DNA of 64,000 nt from Mobula hypostoma. Its lineage: Eukaryota. Location of the stretch: the NCBI RefSeq assembly GCF_963921235.1, contig NC_086108.1, forward strand, positions 43,774,001-43,838,000, read 5' to 3'. Below are positions 13,310 to 23,997 of the stretch, one piece after another. Each line of letters opens with the position of its first letter. Position 1 is the first letter of the stretch. The notes under the pieces were generated by a model. That model did no database searches and had not been told where the DNA came from. It was given only the letters and a program-made list of their open reading frames with translations. A program made the translations under genes and the position numbers.

Positions 13310-13680
13310 AACTAGCATTTAACAAGGTCCCTCATGGAAGGCTCATCCAATAGATTAAGATGCATGGGGGTCCATGGTGAACTGGCTGTTTGGATTATCT
13401 TGCCCACAGAGAACAGAGCATGGAAGTCAAAGGAACTTATTCTAGCTGGAGGTCTGTAATTAGTGGTGTTCCACCACGATTTGGACTGGAAACTCTACTC
13501 TTTGTCATGTATATAAATGACATAGATGAAAATGCAGATGGGTGGGTTAGTAAATTTGCAGATGATACAGAGATTGGTGGTGTTGTGGATGGCATAGAAG
13601 ACTGGCAAAGAATACAAAAGGATATAGATTAGTTACAGATATGGAAGGAGAAATAGCAGGTGGAATTTAACCCGGCCAAA
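13310..13680 (+). mobile_element. Old CR1 RT fragment
   Basis: ORF 13390-13632: WRSVISGVP...YINDIDE...[12 protein letters not shown]. Confidence 0.8.
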
Positions 13681-13694
13681 CCCCGCCAAGGAAT

Positions 13695-13942
13695 TAATTA
13701 TGGATGTCAGGAAGGGGAAGTTGAGGGAACACACACTAGTCCTCGCTGAGGGATCAGAAGAGGAAAGAGTGAACAGTTTCAAGTTCCTGAGTGTCAACTC
13801 ATCTGAGGATTGATCCTAGGCCCAACGTATGGATGCAATTACAAAGAAGGCACGACAGCGACCATATTTCATTAGGAGTTTGAGAGGAATTGATATGTCA
13901 CTAAAGACACTTGTAAATTTCTACAGATGTACTGTGGAGAAC
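13695..13942 (+). mobile_element. Rex1/Babar LINE fragment
   Basis: DAITKKARQRPYFIRSLR..LVNFYRCTVE; same family as 42945-43745. Confidence 0.7.
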
Positions 13943-13959
13943 AATAGTAAACCAAGCAG

Positions 13960-15388
13960 TAGTAAATCAAAACAACTGGACTTGCTGTGTTATCTAGAGA
14001 CGTTTTGCCACTCATCCGAGAGGCTTCTTCAGTTCTAGTCCATGGTGGGGAGCTCTCCAGTTTATAAGCTCTGGAATAGTTTATAAACTATTAGTATAGC
14101 AACCACATGAAGATTGTTAAGAGTCATAGAGGTAATGAGAGGGCCATTAATCTTCTCTTTGCATGAATGGAGGTGTGAACTGTTGTGGAGATGCCGGGGT
14201 AGAGGTGTTAGGACTGCACTGTAAGTAGCCGATAGGTGATGTCGTACCCACCCCCTCCGTTCAGGGATGGGTTTTCCAGTTTGACAAAGATTGCTTCCTT
14301 AACCCCTCTTTCAAACCACCTGTCCTCCCTGTCCAAAATGTGCACATTGTTATCATCAGAGGAGATTCCCTTGCCCTTTAGGTATAGATGTACAGCTGAT
14401 TCTTGACCCGAGGTGTTAGATCTCCTATGTTGGGCCATCCGTTTGTGAAGTGGTTGTTTTGTCTCACTGATATACAGATCTGTGCACTTCTCATGGCATT
14501 GGATAGCATATACAATATTGCTCTGTTTATGTTTGTAGGATCCTTGGGGTGGACGAGTTTCTGTCTGAGAGTGCTTGAAGGTCTGAAAAATACAGGGATG
14601 TGGGGTTTGTTGAAAATCCTTCTGAGTTTCTCTGAAAATTCAGCCTCATATAGGATGACTATGTTTTTCCGTCTGCTTTGCTCCTTTCCTCTGTCTGTTG
14701 GGCTGATGTTCCCGCTGGTTATTATTGCTGTCTTGATGAAGGTCCAGTCAGGATAGCTGCAAGCTTTCAAGGCTTCTCTCAAATACTTGCGCTCCTTGCC
14801 TTTATCTGTAATGTTGGTGGGCACATTCTCGGTGTGGTGATCTTGTGTTCTGATAACCCCCAACTTATGTTCTAATGGCTAATGAGAATCAAACCATAGA
14901 TACTGATCTGTGTGGGCTGGTTTCCTGTAAACTTCAATATCTAGATATCCATTTTCTTTGATAAGTATTGCACAGTCTGAAAAGGCCAGTCTATTGTTCT
15001 CGACGCCTTCTTGTGCAAATTGGATGTTATTATCCACCAAGTTGATGTGTTTTGGGAAGGCTTGCACATCATGGATTTTGATCTTGACATCAGGATAGTA
15101 CCCTGGACAGTAGAACTCAGATCAGGTATGTACTCTACTTGACCTTTGTCTCAGCACTACCTATTTCAAACACAAAGATGTCTTCTACAGGCAGAAACAC
15201 AGTTGCGCCTTGGGTTCACCAGAGTCTCCTATTGTAGCCAACTTATACATGGAAGAAGTAGAAAGGACAGCCTTGAATACCTTCCATGGAACATCAGCCG
15301 GTCATTGGTTCAGGAATGTGGATGACACCTGGGCAAGATCAAAATCCATGAGGTGCAAGCCTTCACAGACACATCAACTCAGTGGATA
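13960..15388 (-). mobile_element. Second, distinct Penelope-like family (Poseidon-like) with an inverted 5' segment (15089-15388 on +)
   Basis: Minus strand: RT C-terminus (YRKPAHTDQYL), RQKLVHPKD and GIY-YIG C-terminus (MAQHRR...WFERGVKEAIFVKLENPSLN). Plus strand: RT motif MGSPESPIVANLYMEEVE...WFRNVDDT. Confidence 0.85.
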
Positions 15389-15697
15389 CAGTCTGTGCCC
15401 ATTAGTAGCATATCCTTATGGATATTTCTTTGAGCTGGAAGACTAACAACTTTCAGGCAGACCCACAGTGTGCCTTCATTTGATACTTGTTTGGATATAA
15501 ATCCACAGGAACAGCCCATAGTTCCGAGAGTCCTCTGTATGTAGCTTCTCAGAATGAACCTTGACAAGGACTCTTGCATGACCTTACAGACCTTTCTGGC
15601 AAATGCACAGTCCACAAAAATGTGGCCATCATCTCATCCTTGTGGCAGTGATCCCAAGGGGATTGTGTGCTGGGACTGAACACTAAGTATGCAGAAA

Positions 15698-16062
15698 GGA
15701 CATCTTCTGTGTCTTGTCGTGCTCTATGCATTCCACGACGCTTCCAGAGACCGCCTTCTTGACCGTTGGACCTTCCATTGGTCTTGTCCGCTCAATCCGC
15801 CAGAGTCTGTCTTCACATGCTGGGATAGACAACTCCCTATCTCACCGAGGGTTTGAGACCCATCGACTACCCTCACCTGGTTTAGCTGGCTTGTCGAAGC
15901 CGTTGCCTGGGGTGTGGCCACTGTCGCATGCAAACAGCTACGGGGAGCCACAGGTGAGAGTGAGTGCCAGGTGGGGACCAAAGGTGGGCAAACCACCCTG
16001 AAAAGTATGTGACATGATCACCCACTAGAGGTGCTACCCCTCCCTGACACCCCATACACCCC
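15698..16062 (-). mobile_element. Structured 5' leader of a non-LTR retroelement (RTE-like by inference), 3' part absent
   Basis: GC/CpG-rich 365-bp segment that cuts a CR1 RT frame at ...YINDL and begins with an HDV-like ribozyme fold; no coding sequence remains to confirm the clade. Confidence 0.55.
15872..16062 (-). ncRNA. HDV-like self-cleaving ribozyme motif
   Basis: P1 GGGGUGU(16062-16056)/ACACCCC(15915-15909); P2 CUCACCUG/CAGGUGAG; P3 GGC/GCC; L3 begins UCCCCG; AGGCAAC before P4; P4 GGCUU-CGAC-AAGCC; J4/2 GCUAA with the putative catalytic C at 15885. Confidence 0.75.
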
Positions 16063-17065
16063 AGATCATTTATATACAGCATAAAAAGAAGCGGTCCCAA
16101 CACCGACCCCTGCGGTACACCACTAGTCACTGGCAGCCAACCAGAAAAAGATCCTTTTATTCCCACTCACTGCCTCCTACCAATCAGCTAATGCTCTAAC
16201 CATGTTAGTAACTTTCCTGTAATACCATGGGCTCTTAACTTGGTAAGCAGCCTCATGTGTGGCACCTTGTCAAAGGCCTCTGAAAGTCCAAATATGCAAC
16301 ATCCACTGCATCCCCTTTATCTATCCTACTTGTAATCTCCTCAAAGAATTCCAACAGGTTCGTCAGGCAGGATTTTCCCTGAAGGAAACCATGCTGACTT
16401 TGTACTATCTTGTCCTGTGTCACCAAGTATTCCATCACCTCATCCTTCACAATTGACTCTAACATCTTCCCAACCACTGAGGTCAGGCTAACAGGTCTGT
16501 AATTTCTTTTATGCTACCTTCCTCCTTTCTTTAAGCGTGGAGTAATGTTTGCAATTTTCCAATCGTCTGGCACCATGCCAGAGTCTAATGATTTTTGAAA
16601 GATCATTTCTGATGCCACCACAATCTCTAACGCTACCTCTTTCAGAACCCTAGGGTGCAGTTCACCTGGGCTGGGTGACTTATGTACCTTTAGGTCTTTC
16701 AGCTTTCTGAGCACTTTCTCTCTTGTAACGGTGACTGCACCCACTTCTCTTCCTTCACACACTACAACATCTGGCATACTGCTAGTGTCTTTCACAATCA
16801 AAACTGATGCAAAATACTCATTTAGTTCATCATCCATCTCCTTGTCCCCTGTTATTATTTCTCCTGCCCTACTTTCCAGCGGTCCTATATCCACTCTCAT
16901 TTCTCTTTTATTTTGAACATACTTGAAAAAACTTTTACTATCCACTTTGATATTACGTTTGTATTTGCTAGCTTGCTTTCATATTTTATCTTTTCCGTTC
17001 TAATGATTTTTTTAGTTGCTCTCTGTAGGTTTTTAAAAACTTCCCAATCCTCTATCTTCCCACTA
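16061..17065 (-). mobile_element. CR1 LINE internal RT fragment (family C), frameshifted
   Basis: ORFs 16514-16945, 16253-16477 and 15882-16166 give [44 protein letters not shown]. Confidence 0.85.
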
Positions 17066-17877
17066 ATTTTTGAGGATGTGACTAAACACATTGATGAAGG
17101 TAGAGCAGTATATGTAGTGTATATGGATTTCAGCAAGGCATTTAATAAGGTACCCTATGCAAGGCTTATTGAGGAAGTAAGGAGGCATGGGATCCAAGGG
17201 GACATTGCTTTGTGGATCCAGAACTGACTTGTCCACAGAAGGCAAAGAGTGGTTGTAGAGAGGTCATATTCTGCATGGAGGTTGGTCACCAGTGGTGTGC
17301 CTCAGGGTTCTGTTCTGGGACCCCTACTCTTTGTGATTTTTATAAATGACATGGATGAGAACTGGAGGGATGGGTTAGTAAATTTGCTGATGACACAAAG
17401 GTTGGAGGTGTTGTGGATAGTGGGGAGGGCTGTCAGAGGTTACAGCAAGATATTGATAAGATGCAAAATTGGACTGAGAAGTGGCAGATGGAGTTCAACC
17501 CAGATAAGTGTGAGGTGGTTCATTTTGGTAATATATGATGGAACAATATAGTATTAACGGTAAGACTCTTGGCATTGTGGAGAATCAGAGGGATCTTGGG
17601 GTCCGAGTCCATAAGACACTCAAAGCTGCTTCGCAGGTTGTTAAGAACCTGTGGTTAAGAAAGCATACAGTGCATTGGCCTCCATCAATCGTGAGATTTA
17701 GTTTAGGAGCCGAGAAGTAATATTGCAGCTATATAGGACCCTGGTCAGACCTCACTTGCTCAGTTCTGGTCACCTCACTACAGGAAGGATGTGGAAACCA
17801 TAGAAAGGGTGCAAAGGATATTTAGAAGGATGTTGCCTGGATTGGGGAGCATGCCTTATGAGAGAAGGTTGAGCGAC
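17062..17877 (+). mobile_element. CR1 LINE RT fragment (family B)
   Basis: FEDVTKHIDEGRAVYVVYMDFSKAF...[10 protein letters not shown]; highly similar to 21600-22440. Confidence 0.85.
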
Positions 17878-18507
17878 TCGCCGTTGGGGCTTCATCATGA
17901 GGTGAGGCAGGGTTGCAGATGTCTGTCTGGAACATTGATCTTTCTTCCTGTTACTTTTATTCCCAGAGGATCATTGCCTCTTGGAATCGTGCCTTTTGTG
18001 TCTTTCGCCTCCCCCCACTCCCCGGTGCGTTTGAAATGAAGCCAGGAATAACAAAGCAAGCCAATCAGCAAATGCAAAATGACAGGACGATATGTCAGAA
18101 ACTGAACAATGTAAGATAAATAACGACGGAATTTATGTTTTTGCTTTCATTACAAGTCCTAGTGAAGTACTTTACGAGTGCGCTAATGTTATCCTGTATC
18201 TACAGAAGGGGCAGGGAAGCCGTAATGTATCCCAGCCACTATGAGTAATGATGAATATTCTGTTTAACAGAAAGGAAGATTAAGTTTTATGAAATATATT
18301 GTAGTTAAACAATAGAAAAAAGTCATGAAGGAAATAAATACAGACAAATAATATGTAAAAGCCAAGGCTACAAAAAGGCTGCCAAGGTTCAAAAGGAAGG
18401 AAAAGTGCAGAAAACCAGCAAAAGGTCAATCCTCAGCTAAAATCAAAAATGCTGGCCAAACCCAGCGGTTTCACCAAAGGTCACAATAAAATAGAACTAA
18501 ATGATTA

Positions 18508-19620
18508 CATTTGAATTAATTTTATTTCTTACATTCTTCATGTACATGAGGAGTAAAAATCTTTATGTTACGTCTCCGCCTAAATGTGCAATGTGCAATC
18601 ATAGTAATTTATAATAAATAGAACCATCAATGTAACATAGAAATACACTCAGATCAGCGTGAGTTAATCAGTCTGATGGCCTGGTGGAAGAAGCTGTCCC
18701 TGAGCCTGTTGGTCCTGGCTTTCATGCTGCGATACCGTTTCCTGGATGGTAGCAGCTGGAACAGATATGGTTGGGGTGACTTGGGTCCCTAATGATCCTT
18801 CGGGCCCTTCTTTCACATCTGTCTTTGTAAACGTCCCGAATCATGGGAAGTTCACATCTACAGATGCGCTGGGCTGACTGCACCACTCTCTGTAGAATCC
18901 TACGATTAAGGGAGGTACTGTTCCCATACCAGGCAGTGATACAGCCAGTCAGGATGCTCTCAATTGTGCCCCTGTAGAAAGTTCTTAGGATTTGGGGGCC
19001 CATGCCAAACTTCCTCAACTGTCTGAGGTGAAAGAGGCGTTGTTGTGCCTTTTTCAACACAGCTGGTGTGTACAAACCACATGAGGCCCTCGGTGATGTG
19101 AATGCCAGGGAACTTAAAGCTGTTTACCCTCTCAGCCCCAGATCCATTGATGTCAATAGGGGTTAGCCTATCTCCATTCCTTCTGTAATCCACAACCAGC
19201 TCCTTTGTTTTTGCGACATTGAGGGAGAGGTTGTTTTCTTGACACCACTGTGTCAGGGAGATGACTTCTTCCCTGTAGACCACCTCGTTTTTATTTGAGA
19301 TTAGGCCAATCAATATAGTGTCGTCAGCAAATTTAATTAGCAGACTAGAGCTGTGGGTGGCAACACAGTCATGGAGTAAAGGAAGGGATTTAGTACACTG
19401 CCCTGGGGGGCTTCTGTGTTGAGAGTCAGAGGGGTGGACGTGAGGGAGTCCATTCTTACTACTTGCCGGCAATCTGACAGGAAGTCCAGGATCCAGCTGC
19501 ACAAGACAGGGTCAAGGCCGAAGTCTCTGAGCTTCTTGTCGAGCCTGGATGGAATTATGGTGTTGAATGCTGAACTGTAGTCCAAGAACAGCATCCTCAC
19601 ATAAGCATCCCTCTTCTTAT
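18508..19620 (-). mobile_element. Rex1/Babar LINE, 5'-truncated
   Basis: [49 protein letters not shown]; 3' UTR nearly identical to 26483-26700. Confidence 0.85.
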
Positions 19621-20425
19621 AAACATCGTCAGTGCATTTGTCATAACAAAGGGCCTTCAGCATGAACTGCTACTTGCTTCTTAATACTTAATCCCATCTC
19701 ACTTTTCCAGTCGCATTTCTTTCCAGTAATTACCAGTTCCTCTTCTGAAGTTATGTACTGTTCTTCCTCTAAAGTACAAATCCACAGCTATAAATGGAAT
19801 CCAGTTTATTTGTCTGACTATCTACTGATGTTTTGAAGTCTATACATTCTGGCTGCCCATTCAAATGGAGGTGGGGGGGTGTGGAAATTAACAGTCATGC
19901 ATAAGCCTGTTGGCATCCTTTGAAAAGCCGCTCAGAATCCTACAGGTTGTACTCAGTGAAAGGGAGATCTATTGCTGTCTCTCATCACATTTTTCTCTCT
20001 GCGTCAACAATGTTTATTTTATATTTTTACCAAAATAAGCAAATATTCACGTGGTGGCCGTACTCTGTCAGGATTATCATTTATCTAATGTCAGCCTCAA
20101 ACTTCCTTTTTTTTTGCCAACCTAAATTTATATCCATTGTTGTTTTTTGGCTTGAAGTATCCTTCTGCCTTCACCATATTCTATCATTTAATATTGTATT
20201 AATATTCACCCATCATTTCAGAAATAGAACCTTTCAGATTCGAGACCTTATATCCAATTATCAGCATCGCATTTACTATCATTGACAATATGACGTGAGA
20301 TTTGTTATTTTGCAGCCTCAGTACAGTGCAAAGATGTAAAAATCTAAAAATTAAAAAATAACTAAGTAGTGCAAGAATAAAGACATAACAAGGTAGTGGT
20401 CATGGACAGTTCGGAAATAATTTAT

Positions 20426-20890
20426 TGACTTTCATAAGAAGAAAGATTGGATGAACTGGGCTTGTACTCATTGGAATTTAGAAGATTGAGGGGGGATCTG
20501 ATTGAAACGTATAAAATCCTAAAGGGATTGGACAGGCTAGATGCAGGAAGATTGTTCCCGATGTTGGGGAAGTCCAGAACAAGGGGTCACAGTTTGAGGA
20601 TAAAGGGGAAGCCTTTTAGGACCGAGATTAGGAAAAACTTTTTCACACAGAGAGTGGTGAATCTGTGGAATTCTCTGCCACAGGAAACAGTTGAGGCCAG
20701 TTCATTGGCTCCATTTAAGAGGGAGTTAGATATGGCCCTTGTGGCTACGGGGATCAGGGGGTATGGAGGGAAGGCTGGGGCGGGGTTCTGAGTTGGATGA
20801 TCAGCCATGATCATAATAAATGGCGGTGCAGGCTCGAAGGGCCGAATGACCTACTCCTGCACCTATTTTCTATGTTTCTATGTTTCTATG
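20426..20890 (+). mobile_element. Young CR1 (family A) 3' end
   Basis: ORF 20447-20791 is almost identical to the C-terminus of the 8418-10739 copy; (CTATGTTT)n tail. Confidence 0.95.
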
Positions 20891-21084
20891 TAATGCAAAC
20901 ATGATAATAAATTGTTAGCTCGGTATAGGACTGTAACATGCAGTTACAAAGGCCAGACCTTGGTTGGACCTTAGCTAGAATATTGTTTTCATTTATAGGC
21001 ACGGCACTTTAGAAAGTATGTCAAAGTCCTGGAGAAATTGAAGACATTTATTATGTTTATCGTACAAAGCTATTTATTTATTTA

Positions 21085-23997
21085 AAGTGAGAAAGTGTGT
21101 ATGGAACCGGAGGAAATGGCAGGGGTACTTAATGAACACTTTACTTCACTTCAGTATTCACTATGGAAAAGGATCTTGGTTATTGTAGTGATGACTTGCA
21201 GCAGATTGAAAAGCTTGAGGATGTAGATATTAAAAAAGAGGATGTGCTAGAGCTTTTGGATAGCATCAAGTTGGATAAGTCGCTGGGACCAGATGAGGTG
21301 TACCCCAGGCCACTGTGGGAGGTGAGGGAGGAGATTGCTGAGCCTCTGGCGATGATCTTTGAATCATCAACGGGGATGGGAGAGGTTCTGGAGGATTGGA
21401 GGGTTGCGGATGTTGTTCCCTTATTCAAGAAAGGGAGTAGAGATAGCCCGGGAAATTATAGACCAGTGAGTCTTACTTCAGTGGTTGGTAAGTTGATGGA
21501 GAAGATCCTGAGAGGCAGGATTTATGAACATTTGGAGAGGTATAATATGATTAAGAATAGTCAGCATGGCTTTGTCAAGGGCAGGTCGTGCCTTACGAGC
21601 CTGATTGAATTTTTTGAGGATGTGACTAAACACATTGATGAAGGAAGAGCAGTAGATGTAGTGTATATGGATTTCAGCAAGGCATTTGATAAGGTACCCC
21701 AGACAAGGCTTATTGAGAAAGTAAGGAGGCTTGGAACCCAAGGGGACATTGCTTTGTGGATCCAGAACTGGCTTGCTCACAGAAGGCAAAGAGTGGTTGT
21801 AGATGGGTCATATTCTGCATGGAGGTCGGTGACCAGTGGTGTGCCTCAGGGATCTGTTCTGGGACCCTTAGTCTTCATGATTTTTATAAATGACCTGGCT
21901 GAGGAAGTGAAGGGTTGGGTTAGTAAGTTTGCTGATGACACAAAGATTGGAGGTGTTGTGGATAGTGTGGAGGGCTTTCAGAGTTTACAGCGGGACTTTG
22001 ATAGGATGCAAAACTGGGCTGAGAAGTGGCAGATGGAGTTCAACCCAGATAAGTATGAAGTGGTTCATTTTGGTAGGTCAAATATGATGGCACAATATAG
22101 TATTAATGGTAAGACTCTTGGCAGTGTGGAGGATCAGAGGGATCTTGGGGTCTGAGTCCATAGGACACTCAAAGCAGCTGCACAGGTTGATGCTGTGGTT
22201 AAGAAGGCATACGATATATTGGCCTTCATTAATCGTGGAATTGAATTTAGGAGCTGAGAGGTAATGTTACAGCTATACAGGACACTGGTCAGACCCCACT
22301 TGGAGTACTGTGCTCAGTTCTGGTCGCCTCACTACAGGAAGGATGTGGAAGCCATAGAAAGGGTGCAGAGGAGATTTACATGAATGTTGCCTGGATTGGG
22401 GAGCATGCCTTAGGAGAATAGGTTGAGTGAACTCGGCCTTTTCCCCTTGGAGTGGCGAAGGATGAGAGGTGACCTGATAGAGGTGTATAAGATGATGAGA
22501 GGCATTGATCGTGTGAATAGTCAGAAGCTTTTCCCCAGGGCTGAAATGGTTGCCACAAGAGGACACAGTTTTAAGGTGCTGGGGAGTAGGTACAGAGGGG
22601 ATGTCAGGGGTAAGTTTTTTACTCAGAGAACGGTGAGTGCGTGGAATGGGCTGCCAGCAATGGTGGTGGAGGCGGACAGGCCAGCGAGCACTGTGAGGGT
22701 CATGTTTTTTGACTTCTCCAGTGCGTTCAACACCATCCGCCCTGCTCTGCTGGGGGAGAAGCTGACAGCGATACAGATGGATGCTTTCCTGGTGTCATGG
22801 ATTCTTGATTACCTGACTGGCAGACCACAGTACGTGTGCTTGCAATACTATGTGTCCGACAGAGTGATCAGCAGCACTGGGGCTCCACAGGGGACTGTTT
22901 TGTCTCCCTTTCTCTTCACCATTTACACCTCGGACTTCAACTACTGCACAGAGTCTTGTCATCTTCAGAAGTTTTCTGATGACTCTGCCATAGTTGGATG
23001 CATCAGCAAGGGAGATGAGGCTGAGTACAGGGCTACGATGGGAAACTTTTGTCACATGGTGTGAGCAGAATTATCTGCAGCTTAATGTGAAAAAGACTAA
23101 GGAGCTGGTGGTAGACCTGAGGAGAGCTAAGGCACCAGTGACCCCTGTTTCCATCCAGGGGGTCAGTGTGGACATGGTGGAGGATTACAAATACCTGGGG
23201 ATACGAATTGACAATAAACTGGACTGGTCAAAGAACAATGAGGCTGTCTACAAGAAGGGTCAGAGCCGTCTCTATTTCCTGAGGAGACTGAGGTCCTTTA
23301 ACATCTGCCGGACGATGCTGAGGATGTTCTACGAGTCTGTGGTGGCCAGTGCTATCATGTTTGCTGTGGTGTGCTGGGGCAGCAGGCTGAGAGTAGCAGA
23401 CACCAACAGAATCAACAAACTCATTCGTAAGGCCAGTGATGTTGTGGGGATGGAACTGGACTCTCTCATGGTGGTGTCTGAAAAGAGGATGCTGTCCAAG
23501 TTGCATGCCATCTTGGACAATGTCTCCCATTCACTACATAATGTACTGGTTGGGCACAGGAGTACATTCAGCCAGAGACTCATTCCACCGAGATGCAACA
23601 CTGAGCGTCGTAGGAAGTCATTCCTGCCTGTGGCCATCAAACTTTACAACTCCTCCCTTGGAGGGTCAGATACCCTGAGCCAATAGGCTGGTCCTGGACT
23701 TACTTTCTGGCATTTACATATTACTATTTAATTATTTATGGTTTTATATTGCTTTATTTATACTGTATTCTTGGTTGGTGCAACTGTAATGAAAACCAAT
23801 TTCCCTCGGGATCAGTAAAGTATGACTATGACTATGACTATGACTGTGATAGGGTCTTTTAAGAGACTTCTAGATAGGTGTATGGAGCTTAGAAAAATAG
23901 AGGGCTATGTAATTTCTAAGGTAGGGACATGTTTGGCACAACTTTGCGGGCCAAAGGGCCTGTATTGAGCTGTAGGTTTTCTATGTTTCTATGTTTC
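21085..23997 (+). mobile_element. CR1 LINE (family B), 5'-truncated, interrupted by Rex1 at 22677-23846
   Basis: 330-aa RT ORF 21163-22155 (YRPVSLTS, QHGF, MDFSKAFD, FADDTK); CR1 3' UTR resumes after 23846 and ends in TTTCTATGTTTCTATGTTT. Confidence 0.9.
22677..23846 (+). mobile_element. Young Rex1/Babar LINE, 5'-truncated, (TATGAC)n tail
   Basis: VRVMFFDFSSAFNTIRP, GAPQGTVLSPFLF, KFSDDS, KKGQSRLYFLRRLRSF; one frameshift near 23045; tail at 23821-23846. Confidence 0.9.

Noticed and set aside
16047..16053. Second GGGGTGT as the P1 5' strand of the HDV-like ribozyme
   Set aside because: It pairs better within the J1/2 helix (GGGUGUCAGG/CCUGGCACUC); the upstream copy at 16056-16062 coincides with the element boundary.
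17880..18250. Unique segment with a CCAAT box (AGCCAATCAG) as a promoter
   Set aside because: Single motif, no CpG island and no associated gene evident.
19734..19768. Possible minus-strand micro-exon encoding EEEQYITSEEEL
   Set aside because: Weak splice sites, no partner exons found, peptide not recognised.
22423..23064. 213-aa CR1-Rex1 fusion ORF as a novel protein
   Set aside because: Chance in-frame junction at a Rex1 insertion into a CR1 that has upstream stops and a downstream frameshift.
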